NCBI GenBank assembly: GCA_964016885.1
Contig: OZ024744.1
Location: forward strand, 7,254,001 to 7,318,000
Length of the DNA: 64,000 bases
Source: Eledone cirrhosa
Lineage: Eukaryota
Direction of reading: 5' to 3'
A program made the translations under genes and the position numbers. Positions 17,557 to 34,489 of this stretch are shown here, one piece after another (position 1 is the stretch's first letter; the number at the start of each line of letters is the position of its first letter). The notes under the pieces were generated by a model that saw only the letters and a list, made by a program, of their open reading frames with translations, was not told the origin of the DNA and searched no databases.

Positions 17557-17789
17557 TTTTGATGTCAGATGTATATATAATTGTTTGCTGTCACATGTAT
17601 ATATAATTGTTTGATGTCAGGTGTATATATAATTGTTTGATGTCAGGTGTATATATAATTGTTTGATGTCAGGTGTATATATAATTGTTTGATGTCACAT
17701 GTATATATAATTGTTTGATGTCAGGTGTATATATAATTGTTTGATGTCAGGTGTATATATAATTGTTTGATGTCAGATGTATATATAAT

Positions 17790-20700
17790 TGTTTGATGTC
17801 AGGTGTATATATAATTGTTTGATGACACATGTATATATAATTGTATGATGTCACATGTTTATATAATTGTTTGATGTCAGGTGTATATATAATTGTTTGA
17901 TGTCACATGTATATATAATTGTCTGATGCCAGGTGTACACATAATTGTTTGATATCAGGTGTATACATAATTGTTTTATGACATGTGTATATATAATTGT
18001 TTGATGTCACATGTATATATAATTGTTTGATGTCAGGTAAATATATAATTGTATGATGTCTGGTGTATATATAATTGTTTGAGGACAGGTGTATATATAA
18101 TTGTTTGATGTCAGGTGTATATATAATTGTTTGATGTCACATGTATATATAATTGTTTGATGTCAGGTGTATATATAATTGTTTGATGTCACATGTATAT
18201 ATAATTGTTTGATTCCAGGTGTATATATAATTGTTTGATGCCAGGTGTATATATACTTGTTTGATGTCACATGTATATATAATTGTTTGATGTCAGGTGT
18301 ATAGATAATTGTTTGATGTCAGGTGTAATATAATTGTTTGATATCAGGTGTATATATAATTGTTTGATGTCAGTTGTATATATAATTGTTTGATGTCACA
18401 TGTATATATAATTGTTTGATGTCAGGTGTATATATAATTGTTTGATGTCACATGTATATATAATTGTTTGATGCCAGGTGTATATATAATTGTTTGATGC
18501 CAGGTGTATATATAATAGTTTGATGTCACATGTATATATAATTGTTTGATGCCAGGTGTATATATAATTGTTTGATGCCACATGTATATATAATTGTTTG
18601 ATGTCAGGTGTATATATACTTGTTTGATGTCACATGTATATATAATTGTTTGATGTCAGGTGTATATATAATTGTATGATGTCAGGTGTATATATAATTG
18701 TATGATGTCAGGTGTATATATAATTGTTTGATGTCAGGTGTATATATAATTGATTGATGTCAGGTGTATATATAATTGTTCGATCTCAGGTGTATATATA
18801 ATTGTTTGATGTCACATGTATATATAATTGTATGATGTCAGGTGTATATATAATTGTTTCATGTCAGGTGTATATATAATTGTTTGATGTCAGATGTATA
18901 TATAATTGTTTGATGTCACATGTATATATAATTGTTTGATGTCAGGTGTATATATAATTGATTGATGTCAGGTGTATATATAACTGTTCGATCTCAGGAG
19001 TATATATAATTGTTTGATGTCACATGTATATATAATTGTTTGATGTCAGGTGTATATATAATTGTTTGATGTCAGATGTATATATAATTGTTTGATGTCA
19101 GGTGTATATATAATTGTTTGATGACACATGTATATATAATTGTATGATGTCACATGTTTATATAATTGTTTGATGTCAGGTGTATATATAATTGTTTGAT
19201 GTCAGGTGTATATATAATTGTTTGATGTCACATGTATATATAATTGTTTGATGTCAGGTGTATATATAATTGTTTGATGACAGGTGTATATATAATTGTT
19301 TGATGCCACATGTATATATAATTGTATGATGTCTCATGTATATATAATTGTTTGATGTCAGGTGTATATATAATTGTTTGATGTCACATGTATATATAAT
19401 TGTTTGATGCCAGGTGTATATATAATTGTTTGATGCCAGGTGTATATATAATTGTTTGATGTCACATGTATATATTATTGTTTGATGCCAGCTGTATATA
19501 TAATTGTTTGATGCCACATGTATATATAATTGTTTGATGTCACGTGTATATATAATGTGTTGATGTCACATGTATATATAATTGTTTGATGTTACATGTA
19601 TGTATAATTGTTTGATGTCAGGTGTATATATAATTGTATGATGTCAGGTGTATATATAATTGTTTGATGTCACATGTATATATAATTGGTTGATGTCACA
19701 TGTATATATAATTGTTTGATGTCCGGTATATATATAATTGTTTGAGGTCAGGTATATATATAATTGTTTGATGCCACATGTATATATAATTGTTTGATGT
19801 CACATGTATATATAATTGTTTGATGTCAGATCTATATATAATTGTTTGATGTCAGGTGTATATATAATTGTTTGATGTCACATGTATATATAATTATTTG
19901 ATGTCAGGTATATATATAATTGTTTGATGTCAGGTATATATATAATTGTTTGATGTCATGTGTATATATAATTGTTTGATGTCACATGTATATATAATTG
20001 TTTGATGTCAGGTGTATATATAATTGTTTGATGTCAGGTGTATATATAATTTTTTGATGTCAGATGTATATATAATTGTTTGCTGTCACATGTATATATA
20101 ATTGTTTGATGTCAGGTGTATATATAATTGTTTGATGTCAGGTGTATATATAATTGTTTGATGTCAGGTGTATATATAATTGTTTGATGTCACATGTATA
20201 TATAATTGTTTGATGTCAGGTGTATACATAATTGTTTGATGTCAGGTGTATATATAATTGTTTGATGTCAGATGTATATATAATTGTTTGATGTCAGGTG
20301 TATATATAATTGTTTGATGACACATGTATATATAATTGTATGATGTCACATGTTTATATAATTGTTTGATGTCAGGTGTATATATAATTGTTTGATGTCA
20401 GGTGTATATATAATTGTTTGATGTCACATGTATATATAATTGTTTGATGTCAGGTGTATATATAATTGTTTGATGTCACATGTATATATAATTGTCTGAT
20501 TCCAGGTGTATATATAATTGTTTGATGCCAGGTGTATATATAATTGTTTGATGTCACATGTATATATAATTGTTTGATGCCAGCTGTATATATAATTGTT
20601 TGATGCCACATATATATATAATTGTTTGATGTCACATGTATATATAATGTGTTGATGTCACATGTATATATAATTGTTTGATGTTACATGTATGTACAAT

Positions 20701-23700
20701 TGTTTGATGTCAGGTGTATATATAATTGTATGATGTCAGGTGTATATATAATTGTTTGATGTCACATGTATATATAATTGTTTGATGTCAGGTGTATATA
20801 TAATTGTATGATATCTGGTGTATATATAATTGTTTGAGGACAGGTGTATATATAATTGTTTGATGTCAGGTGTATATATAATTGTTTGATGTCACATGTA
20901 TATATAATTGTTTGATGTCAGGTGTATATATAATTGTTTGATGTCACATGTATATATAATTGTTTGATTCCAGGTGTATATATAATTGTTTGATGCCAGG
21001 TGTATATATACTTGTTTGATGTCACATGTATATATAATTGTTTGATGTCAGGTGTATAGATAATTGTTTGATGTCAGGTGTAATATAATTGTTTGATATC
21101 AGGTGTATATATAATTGTTTGATGTCAGTTGTATATATAATTGTTTGTTGTCACATGTATATATAATTGTTTGATGTCAGGTGTATATATAATTGTTTGA
21201 TGTCACATGTATATATAATTGTTTGATGCCAGGTGTATATATAATTGTTTGATGCCAGGTGTATATATAATAGTTTGATGTCACATGTATATATAATTGT
21301 TTGATGCCAGGTGTATATATAATTGTTTGATGCCACATGTATATATAATTGTTTGATGTCAGGTGTATATATACTTGTTTGATGTCACATGTATATATAA
21401 TTGTTTGATGTCAGGTGTATATATAATTGTATGATGTCAGGTGTATATATAATTGTATGATGTCAGGTGTATATATAATTGTTTGATGTCAGGTGTATAT
21501 ATAATTGATTGATGTCACGTGTATATATAATTGTTCGATCTCAGGTGTATATATAATTGTTTGATGTCACATGTATATATAATTGTATGATGTCAGGTGT
21601 ATATATAATTGTTTCATGTCAGGTGTATATATAATTGTTTGATGTCAGATGTATATATAATTGTTTGATGTCACATGTATATATAATTGTTTGATGTCAG
21701 GTGTATATATAATTGATTGATGTCAGGTGTATATATAACTGTTCGATCTCAGGTGTATATATAATTGTTGCATGACACATGTATATATAATTGTATGATG
21801 TCACATGTTTATATAACTGTTTGATGTCAGGTGTATATATAATTGTTTGATGTCAGGTGTATATATAATTGTTTGATGTCACATGTATATATAATTGTTT
21901 GATGTCAGGTGTATATATAATTGTTTGATGACAGGTGTATATATAATTGTTTGATGCCACATGTATATATAATTGTATGATGTCTCATGTATATATAATT
22001 GTTTGATGTCAGGTGTATATATAATTGTTTGATGTCACATGTATATATAATTGTTTGATGCCAGGTGTATATATAATTGTTTGATGCCAGGTGTATATAT
22101 AATTGTTTGATGTCACATGTATATATAATTGTTTGATGCCAGCTGTATATATAATTGTTTGATGCCACATGTATATATAATTTTTTGATGTCACGTCTAT
22201 ATATAATGTGTTGATGTCACATGTATATATAATTGTTTGATGTTACATGTATGTATAATTGTTTGATGTCAGGTGTATATATAATTGTATGATGTCAGGT
22301 GTATATATAATTGTTTGATGTCACATGTATATATAATTGGTTGATGTCACATGTATATATAATTGTTTGATGTCCGGTATATATATAATTGTTTGAGGTC
22401 AGGTATATATATAATTGTTTGATGTCACATGTATATATAATTGTTTGATGTCACATGTATATATAATTGTTTGATGTCAGATCTATATATAATTGTTTGA
22501 TGTCAGGTGTATATATAATTGTTTGATGTCACATGTATATATAATTGTTTGATGTCAGGTATATATATAATTGTTTGATGTCAGGTATATATATAATTGT
22601 TTGATGTCATGTGTATATATAATTGTTTGATGTCACATGTATATATAATTGTTTGATGTCAGGTGTATATATAATTGTTTGATGTCAGGTGTATATATAA
22701 TTTTTTGATGTCAGATGTATATATAATTGTTTGATGTCACATGTATATATAATTGTTTGATGTCAGGTGTATATATAATTGTTTGATGTCAGGTGTATAT
22801 ATAATTGTTTGATGTCAGGTGTATATATAATTGTTTGATGTCACATGTATATATAATTGTTTGATGTCAGGTGTATATATAATTGTTTGATGTCAGGTGT
22901 ATATATAATTGTTTGATGTCAGATGTATATATAATTGTTTGATGTCAGGTGTATACATAATTGTTTGATGACACATGTATATATAATTGTATGATGTCAC
23001 ATGTTTATATAATTGTTTGATGTCAGGTGTATATATAATTGTTTGATGCCAGCTGTATATATAATTGTTTGATGCCACATGTATATATAATTGTTTGATG
23101 TCACGTGTATATATAATGTGTTGATGTCACATGTATAAATAATTGTTTGATGTTACATGTATGTACAATTGTTTGATGTCAGGTGTATATATAATTGTAT
23201 GATGTCAGGTGTATATATAATTGTTTGATGTAACATGTATATATTATTGGTTGATGTCACATGTATATACAATTGTTTGATGTCAGGTATATATATAATT
23301 GTTTGAGGTCAGTTATATATATAATTGTTTGATGTCACATGTATATATAATTGTTTGATGTCACATGTATATATAATTGTTTGATGTCAGATCTATATAT
23401 AATTGTTTGATGTCAGGTGTATATATAATTGTTTGATGTCACATGTATATATAATTGTTTGATGTCAGGTGTATATATAATTGTTTGATGTCAGATGTAT
23501 AATTAATTGTTTGATGTCAGGTGTATATATAATTGTTTGATGACACATGTATATATAATTGTATGATGTCACATGTTTATATAATTGTTTGATGTCAGGT
23601 GTATATATAATTGTTTGATGTCACATGTATATATAATTGTCTGATGCCAGGTGTACACATAATTGTTTGATATCAGGTGTATACATAATTGTTTTATGAC

Positions 23701-26700
23701 ATGTGTATATATAATTGTTTGATGTCACATGTATATATAATTGTTTGATGTCAGGTGTATATATAATTGTATGATGTCTGGTGTATATATAATTGTTTGA
23801 GGACAGGTGTATATATAATTGTTTGATGTCAGGTGTATATATAATTGTTTGATGTCACATGTATATATAATTGTTTGATGTCAGGTGTATATATAATTGT
23901 TTGATGTCACATGTATATATAATTGTTTGATTCCAGGTGTATATATAATTGTTTGATGCCAGGTGTATATATACTTGTTTGATGTCACATGTATATATAA
24001 TTGTTTGATGTCAGGTGTATAGATAATTGTTTGATGTCAGGTGTAATATAATTGTTTGATATCAGGTGTATATATAATTGTTTGATGTCAGTTGTATATA
24101 TAATTGTTTGATGTCACATGTATATATAATTGTTTGATGTCAGGTGTATATATAATTGTTTGATGTCACATGTATATATAATTGTTTGATGCCAGGTGTA
24201 TATATAATTGTTTGATGCCAGGTGTATATATAATAGTTTGATGTCACATGTATATATAATTGTTTGATGCCAGGTGTATATATAATTGTTTGATGCCACA
24301 TGTATATATAATTGTTTGATGTCAGGTGTATATATACTTGTTTGATGTCACATGTATATATAATTGTTTGATGTCAGGTGTATATATAATTGTATGATGT
24401 CAGGTGTATATATAATTGTATGATGTCAGGTGTATATATAATTGTTTGATGTCAGGTGTATATATAATTGATTGATGTCAGGTGTATATATAATTGTTCG
24501 ATCTCAGGTGTATATATAATTGTTTGATGTCACATGTATATATAATTGTATGATGTCAGGTGTATATATAATTGTTTCATGTCAGGTGTATATATAATTG
24601 TTTGATGTCAGATGTATATATAATTGTTTGATGTCACATGTATATATAATTGTTTGATGTCAGGTGTATATATAATTGATTGATGTCAGGTGTATATATA
24701 ACTGTTCGATCTCAGGAGTATATATAATTGTTTGATGTCACATGTATATATAATTGTTTGATGTCAGGTGTATATATAATTGTTTGATGTCAGATGTATA
24801 TATAATTGTTTGATGTCAGGTGTATATATAATTGTTTGATGACACATGTATATATAATTGTATGATGTCACATGTTTATATAATTGTTTGATGTCAGGTG
24901 TATATATAATTGTTTGATGTCAGGTGTATATATAATTGTTTGATGTCACATGTATATATAATTGTTTGATGTCAGGTGTATATATAATTGTTTGATGACA
25001 GGTGTATATATAATTGTTTGATGCCACATGTATATATAATTGTATGATGTCTCATGTATATATAATTGTTTGATGTCAGGTGTATATATAATTGTTTGAT
25101 GTCACATGTATATATAATTGTTTGATGCCAGGTGTATATATAATTGTTTGATGCCAGGTGTATATATAATTGTTTGATGTCACATGTATATATTATTGTT
25201 TGATGCCAGCTGTATATATAATTGTTTGATGCCACATGTATATATAATTGTTTGATGTCACGTGTATATATAATGTGTTGATGTCACATGTATATATAAT
25301 TGTTTGATGTTACATGTATGTATAATTGTTTGATGTCAGGTGTATATATAATTGTATGATGTCAGGTGTATATATAATTGTTTGATGTCACATGTATATA
25401 TAATTGGTTGATGTCACATGTATATATAATTGTTTGATGTCCGGTATATATATAATTGTTTGAGGTCAGGTATATATATAATTGTTTGATGCCACATGTA
25501 TATATAATTGTTTGATGTCACATGTATATATAATTGTTTGATGTCAGATCTATATATAATTGTTTGATGTCAGGTGTATATATAATTGTTTGATGTCACA
25601 TGTATATATAATTATTTGATGTCAGGTATATATATAATTGTTTGATGTCAGGTATATATATAATTGTTTGATGTCATGTGTATATATAATTGTTTGATGT
25701 CACATGTATATATAATTGTTTGATGTCAGGTGTATATATAATTGTTTGATGTCAGGTGTATATATAATTTTTTGATGTCAGATGTATATATAATTGTTTG
25801 CTGTCACATGTATATATAATTGTTTGATGTCAGGTGTATATATAATTGTTTGATGTCAGGTGTATATATAATTGTTTGATGTCAGGTGTATATATAATTG
25901 TTTGATGTCACATGTATATATAATTGTTTGATGTCAGGTGTATACATAATTGTTTGATGTCAGGTGTATATATAATTGTTTGATGTCAGATGTATATATA
26001 ATTGTTTGATGTCAGGTGTATATATAATTGTTTGATGACACATGTATATATAATTGTATGATGTCACATGTTTATATAATTGTTTGATGTCAGGTGTATA
26101 TATAATTGTTTGATGTCAGGTGTATATATAATTGTTTGATGTCACATGTATATATAATTGTTTGATGTCAGGTGTATATATAATTGTTTGATGTCACATG
26201 TATATATAATTGTCTGATTCCAGGTGTATATATAATTGTTTGATGCCAGGTGTATATATAATTGTTTGATGTCACATGTATATATAATTGTTTGATGCCA
26301 GCTGTATATATAATTGTTTGATGCCACATATATATATAATTGTTTGATGTCACATGTATATATAATGTGTTGATGTCACATGTATATATAATTGTTTGAT
26401 GTTACATGTATGTACAATTGTTTGATGTCAGGTGTATATATAATTGTATGATGTCAGGTGTATATATAATTGTTTGATGTCACATGTATATATAATTGTT
26501 TGATGTCAGGTGTATATATAATTGTATGATGTCTGGTGTATATATAATTGTTTGAGGACAGGTGTATATATAATTGTTTGATGTCAGGTGTATATATAAT
26601 TGTTTGATGTCACATGTATATATAATTGTTTGATGTCAGGTGTATATATAATTGTTTGATGTCACATGTATATATAATTGTTTGATTCCAGGTGTATATA

Positions 26701-29700
26701 TAATTGTTTGATGCCAGGTGTATATATACTTGTTTGATGTCACATGTATATATAATTGTTTGATGTCAGGTGTATAGATAATTGTTTGATGTCAGGTGTA
26801 ATATAATTGTTTGATATCAGGTGTATATATAATTGTTTGATGTCAGTTGTATATATAATTGTTTGTTGTCACATGTATATATAATTGTTTGATGTCAGGT
26901 GTATATATAATTGTTTGATGTCACATGTATATATAATTGTTTGATGCCAGGTGTATATATAATTGTTTGATGCCAGGTGTATATATAATAGTTTGATGTC
27001 ACATGTATATATAATTGTTTGATGCCAGGTGTATATATAATTGTTTGATGCCACATGTATATATAATTGTTTGATGTCAGGTGTATATATACTTGTTTGA
27101 TGTCACATGTATATATAATTGTTTGATGTCAGGTGTATATATAATTGTATGATGTCAGGTGTATATATAATTGTATGATGTCAGGTGTATATATAATTGT
27201 TTGATGTCAGGTGTATATATAATTGATTGATGTCACGTGTATATATAATTGTTCGATCTCAGGTGTATATATAATTGTTTGATGTCACATGTATATATAA
27301 TTGTATGATGTCAGGTGTATATATAATTGTTTCATGTCAGGTGTATATATAATTGTTTGATGTCAGATGTATATATAATTGTTTGATGTCACATGTATAT
27401 ATAATTGTTTGATGTCAGGTGTATATATAATTGATTGATGTCAGGTGTATATATAACTGTTCGATCTCAGGTGTATATATAATTGTTTGATGACACATGT
27501 ATATATAATTGTATGATGTCACATGTTTATATAACTGTTTGATGTCAGGTGTATATATAATTGTTTGATGTCAGGTGTATATATAATTGTTTGATGTCAC
27601 ATGTATATATAATTGTTTGATGTCAGGTGTATATATAATTGTTTGATGACAGGTGTATATATAATTGTTTGATGCCACATGTATATATAATTGTATGATG
27701 TCTCATGTATATATAATTGTTTGATGTCAGGTGTATATATAATTGTTTGATGTCACATGTATATATAATTGTTTGATGCCAGGTGTATATATAATTGTTT
27801 GATGCCAGGTGTATATATAATTGTTTGATGTCACATGTATATATAATTGTTTGATGCCAGCTGTATATATAATTGTTTGATGCCACATGTATATATAATT
27901 TTTTGATGTCACGTCTATATATAATGTGTTGATGTCACATGTATATATAATTGTTTGATGTTACATGTATGTATAATTGTTTGATGTCAGGTGTATATAT
28001 AATTGTATGATGTCAGGTGTATATATAATTGTTTGATGTCACATGTATATATAATTGGTTGATGTCACATGTATATATAATTGTTTGATGTCCGGTATAT
28101 ATATAATTGTTTGAGGTCAGGTATATATATAATTGTTTGATGTCACATGTATATATAATTGTTTGATGTCACATGTATATATAATTGTTTGATGTCAGAT
28201 CTATATATAATTGTTTGATGTCAGGTGTATATATAATTGTTTGATGTCACATGTATATATAATTGTTTGATGTCAGGTATATATATAATTGTTTGATGTC
28301 AGGTATATATATAATTGTTTGATGTCATGTGTATATATAATTGTTTGATGTCACATGTATATATAATTGTTTGATGTCAGGTGTATATATAATTGTTTGA
28401 TGTCAGGTGTATATATAATTTTTTGATGTCAGATGTATATATAATTGTTTGATGTCACATGTATATATAATTGTTTGATGTCAGGTGTATATATAATTGT
28501 TTGATGTCAGGTGTATATATAATTGTTTGATGTCAGGTGTATATATAATTGTTTGATGTCACATGTATATATAATTGTTTGATGTCAGGTGTATATATAA
28601 TTGTTTGATGTCAGGTGTATATATAATTGTTTGATGTCAGATGTATATATAATTGTTTGATGTCAGGTGTATACATAATTGTTTGATGACACATGTATAT
28701 ATAATTGTATGATGTCACATGTTTATATAATTGTTTGATGTCAGGTGTATATATAATTGTTTGATGCCAGCTGTATATATAATTGTTTGATGCCACATGT
28801 ATATATAATTGTTTGATGTCACGTGTATATATAATGTGTTGATGTCACATGTATAAATAATTGTTTGATGTTACATGTATGTACAATTGTTTGATGTCAG
28901 GTGTATATATAATTGTATGATGTCAGGTGTATATATAATTGTTTGATGTAACATGTATATATTATTGGTTGATGTCACATGTATATACAATTGTTTGATG
29001 TCAGGTATATATATAATTGTTTGAGGTCAGTTATATATATAATTGTTTGATGTCACATGTATATATAATTGTTTGATGTCACATGTATATATAATTGTTT
29101 GATGTCAGATCTATATATAATTGTTTGATGTCAGGTGTATATATAATTGTTTGATGTCACATGTATATATAATTGTTTGATGTCAGGTGTATATATAATT
29201 GTTTGATGTCAGATGTATAATTAATTGTTTGATGTCAGGTGTATATATAATTGTTTGATGACACATGTATATATAATTGTATGATGTCACATGTTTATAT
29301 AATTGTTTGATGTCAGGTGTATATATAATTGTTTGATGTCACATGTATATATAATTGTCTGATGCCAGGTGTACACATAATTGTTTGATATCAGGTGTAT
29401 ACATAATTGTTTTATGACATGTGTATATATAATTGTTTGATGTCACATGTATATATAATTGTTTGATGTCAGGTGTATATATAATTGTATGATGTCTGGT
29501 GTATATATAATTGTTTGAGGACAGGTGTATATATAATTGTTTGATGTCAGGTGTATATATAATTGTTTGATGTCACATGTATATATAATTGTTTGATGTC
29601 AGGTGTATATATAATTGTTTGATGTCACATGTATATATAATTGTTTGATTCCAGGTGTATATATAATTGTTTGATGCCAGGTGTATATATACTTGTTTGA

Positions 29701-32200
29701 TGTCACATGTATATATAATTGTTTGATGTCAGGTGTATAGATAATTGTTTGATGTCAGGTGTAATATAATTGTTTGATATCAGGTGTATATATAATTGTT
29801 TGATGTCAGTTGTATATATAATTGTTTGATGTCACATGTATATATAATTGTTTGATGTCAGGTGTATATATAATTGTTTGATGTCACATGTATATATAAT
29901 TGTTTGATGCCAGGTGTATATATAATTGTTTGATGCCAGGTGTATATATAATAGTTTGATGTCACATGTATATATAATTGTTTGATGCCAGGTGTATATA
30001 TAATTGTTTGATGCCACATGTATATATAATTGTTTGATGTCAGGTGTATATATACTTGTTTGATGTCACATGTATATATAATTGTTTGATGTCAGGTGTA
30101 TATATAATTGTATGATGTCAGGTGTATATATAATTGTATGATGTCAGGTGTATATATAATTGTTTGATGTCAGGTGTATATATAATTGATTGATGTCAGG
30201 TGTATATATAATTGTTCGATCTCAGGTGTATATATAATTGTTTGATGTCACATGTATATATAATTGTATGATGTCAGGTGTATATATAATTGTTTCATGT
30301 CAGGTGTATATATAATTGTTTGATGTCAGATGTATATATAATTGTTTGATGTCACATGTATATATAATTGTTTGATGTCAGGTGTATATATAATTGATTG
30401 ATGTCAGGTGTATATATAACTGTTCGATCTCAGGAGTATATATAATTGTTTGATGTCACATGTATATATAATTGTTTGATGTCTGGTGTATATATAATTG
30501 TTTGATGTCAGATGTATATATAATTGTTTGATGTCAGGTGTATATATAATTGTTTGATGACACATGTATATATAATTGTATGATGTCACATGTTTATATA
30601 ATTGTTTGATGTCAGGTGTATATATAATTGTTTGATGTCAGGTGTATATATAATTGTTTGATGTCACATGTATATATAATTGTTTGATGTCAGGTGTATA
30701 TATAATTGTTTGATGACAGGTGTATATATAATTGTTTGATGCCACATGTATATATAATTGTATGATGTCTCATGTATATATAATTGTTTGATGTCAGGTG
30801 TATATATAATTGTTTGATGTCACATGTATATATAATTGTTTGATGCCAGGTGTATATATAATTGTTTGATGCCAGGTGTATATATAATTGTTTGATGTCA
30901 CATGTATATATTATTGTTTGATGCCAGCTGTATATATAATTGTTTGATGCCACATGTATATATAATTGTTTGATGTCACGTGTATATATAATGTGTTGAT
31001 GTCACATGTATATATAATTGTTTGATGTTACATGTATGTATAATTGTTTGATGTCAGGTGTATATATAATTGTATGATGTCAGGTGTATATATAATTGTT
31101 TGATGTCACATGTATATATAATTGGTTGATGTCACATGTATATATAATTGTTTGATGTCCGGTATATATATAATTGTTTGAGGTCAGGTATATATATAAT
31201 TGTTTGATGCCACATGTATATATAATTGTTTGATGTCACATGTATATATAATTGTTTGATGTCAGATCTATATATAATTGTTTGATGTCAGGTGTATATA
31301 TAATTGTTTGATGTCACATGTATATATAATTGTTTGATGTCAGGTATATATATAATTGTTTGATGTCAGGTATATATATAATTGTTTGATGTCATGTGTA
31401 TATATAATTGTTTGATGTCACATGTATATATAATTGTTTGATGTCAGGTGTATATATAATTGTTTGATGTCAGGTGTATATATAATTTTTTGATGTCAGA
31501 TGTATATATAATTGTTTGCTGTCACATGTATATATAATTGTTTGATGTCAGGTGTATATATAATTGTTTGATGTCAGGTGTATATATAATTGTTTGATGT
31601 CAGGTGTATATATAATTGTTTGATGTCACATGTATATATAATTGTTTGATGTCAGGTGTATATATAATTGTTTGATGTCAGGTGTATATATAATTGTTTG
31701 ATGTCAGATGTATATATAATTGTTTGATGTCAGGTGTATATATAATTGTTTGATGACACATGTATATATAATTGTATGATGTCACATGTTTATATAATTG
31801 TTTGATGTCAGGTGTATATATAATTGTTTGATGTCAGGTGTATATATAATTGTTTGATGTCACATGTATATATAATTGTTTGATGTCAGGTGTATATATA
31901 ATTCTTTGATGTCACATGTATATATAATTGTCTGATTCCAGGTGTATATATAATTGTTTGATGCCAGGTGTATATATAATTGTTTGATGTCACATGTATA
32001 TATAATTGTTTGATGCCAGCTGTATATATAATTGTTTGATGCCACATATATATATAATTGTTTGATGTCACGTGTATATATAATGTGTTGATGTCACATG
32101 TATATATAATTGTTTGATGTTACATGTATGTACAATTGTTTGATGTCAGGTGTATATATAATTGTATGATGTCAGGTGTATATATAATTGTTTGATGTCA
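17790..32200. repeat. 5,718-bp higher-order repeat (220 monomers), about 2.5 tandem copies
   Basis: ORF markers recur at +5,718 (18396/24114/29832, 19254/24972/30690, 20424/26142/31860, 22893/28611). 5,718 = 220x26 - 2. Boundaries are approximate. Confidence 0.92.
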
Positions 32201-34489
32201 CATGTATATATTATTGGTTGATGTCACATGTATATACAATTGTTTGATGTCAGGTATATATATAATTGTTTGAGGTCAGTTATATATATAATTGTTTGAT
32301 GTCACATGTATATATAATTGTTTGATGTCACATGTATATATAATTGTTTGATGTCAGATCTATATATAATTGTTTGATGTCAGGTGTATATATAATTGTT
32401 TGATGTCACATGTATATATAATTGTTTGATGTCAGGTATATATATTATTGTTTGATGTCAGGTATATATATAATTGTTTGATGTCATGTGTATATATAAT
32501 TGTTTGATGTCACATGTATATATAATTGTTTGATGTCAGGTGTATATATAACTGTTTGATGTCAGGTGTATATATAATTTTTTGATGTCAGATGCATATA
32601 TAATTGTTTGATGTCACATGTATATATAATTGTTTGATGTCAGGTGTATATATAATTGTTTGATGTCAGGTGTATATATAATTGTTTGATGTCAGATGTA
32701 TAATTAATTGCTTGCTGTCAGGTGTATATATAATTGTTTGATGACACATGTATATATAATTGTATGATGTCACATGTTTATATAATTGTTTGATGTCAGG
32801 TGTATATATAATTGTTTGATGTCATGTGTATATATAATTGTTTGATGTCAGGTGTATATATAATTTTTTGATGTCAGATGCATATATAATTGTTTGATGT
32901 CACATGTATATATAATTGTTTGGTGTCAGGTGTATATATAATTGTTTGATGTCAGGTGTATATATAATTGTTTGATGTCAGATGTATAATTAATTGTTTG
33001 ATGTCAGGTGTATATATTATTGGTTTTCTGTCACATGTATATACAATTGTTTGATGTCAGGTATATATATAATTGTTTGAGGTCAGGTATATATATAATT
33101 GTTTGATGTCACATGTATATATAATTGTTTGATGTCACATGTATATATAATTGTTTGATGTCAGGTATATATATTATTGTTTGATGTCAGGTATATATAT
33201 AATTGTTTGATGTCATGTGTATATATAATTGTTTGATGTCACATGTATATATAATTGTTTGATGTCAGGTGTATATATAATTGTTTGATGTCAGGTGTAT
33301 ATATAATTTTTTGATGACAGATGCATATATAATTGTTTGATGTCACATGTATATATAATTGTTTGATGTCAGGTGTATATATAATTGTTTGATGTCAGGT
33401 GTATATATAATTGTTTGATGTCAGATGCATAATTAATTGTTTGCTGTCAGGTGTATATATAATTGTTTGATGACACATGTATATATAATTGTATGATGTC
33501 ACATGTTTATATAATTGTTTGATGTCAGGTGTATATATAATTGTTTGATGTCACATGTATATATAATTGTCTGATGCCAGGTGTACATATAATTGTTTGA
33601 TATCAGGTGTATACATAATTGTTTTATGACATGTGTATATATAATTCTTTGATGTCACATGTATATATAATTGTTTGATGTCAGGTGTATATATAATTGT
33701 ATGATGTCTGGTGTATATATAATTGTTTGAGGACAGGTGTATATATAATTGTTTGATGTCAGGTGTATATATAATTGTTTGATGTCACATGTATATATAA
33801 TTGTTTGATGTCAGGTGTATATATAATTGTTTGATGTCAGGTATATATATAATTGTTTGAGGTCAGGTATATATATAATTGTTTGATGTCACATGTATAT
33901 ATAATTGTTTGATGTCACATGTATATATAATTGTTTGATGTCAGATCTATATATAATTGTTTGATGTCAGGTGTATATATAATTGTTTGATGTCACATGT
34001 ATATATAATTGTTTGATGTCAGGTATATATATATAATTGTTTGATGTCCGGTATATATATAATTGTTTGATGTCATGTGTATATATAATTGTTTGATGTC
34101 ACATGTATATATAATTGTTTGATGTCAGGTGTATATATAATTGTTTGATGTCAGGTGTATATATAATTTTTTGATGTCAGATGTATATATAATTGTTTGA
34201 TGTCAGGTGTATATATAATTGTTTGATGTCAGGTGTATATATAATTGTTTGATGTCAGGTGTATATATAATTGTTTGATGTCACATGTATATATAATTGT
34301 TTGATGTCAGGTGTATATATAATTGTTTGATGTCAGGTGTATATATAATTGTTTGATATCAGATGTATATATAATTGTTTGATGTCAGGTGTATATATAA
34401 TTGTTTGATGACACATGTATATATAATTGTATGATGTCACATGTTTATATAATTGTTTGATGTCAGGTGTATATATAATTGTTTGATGT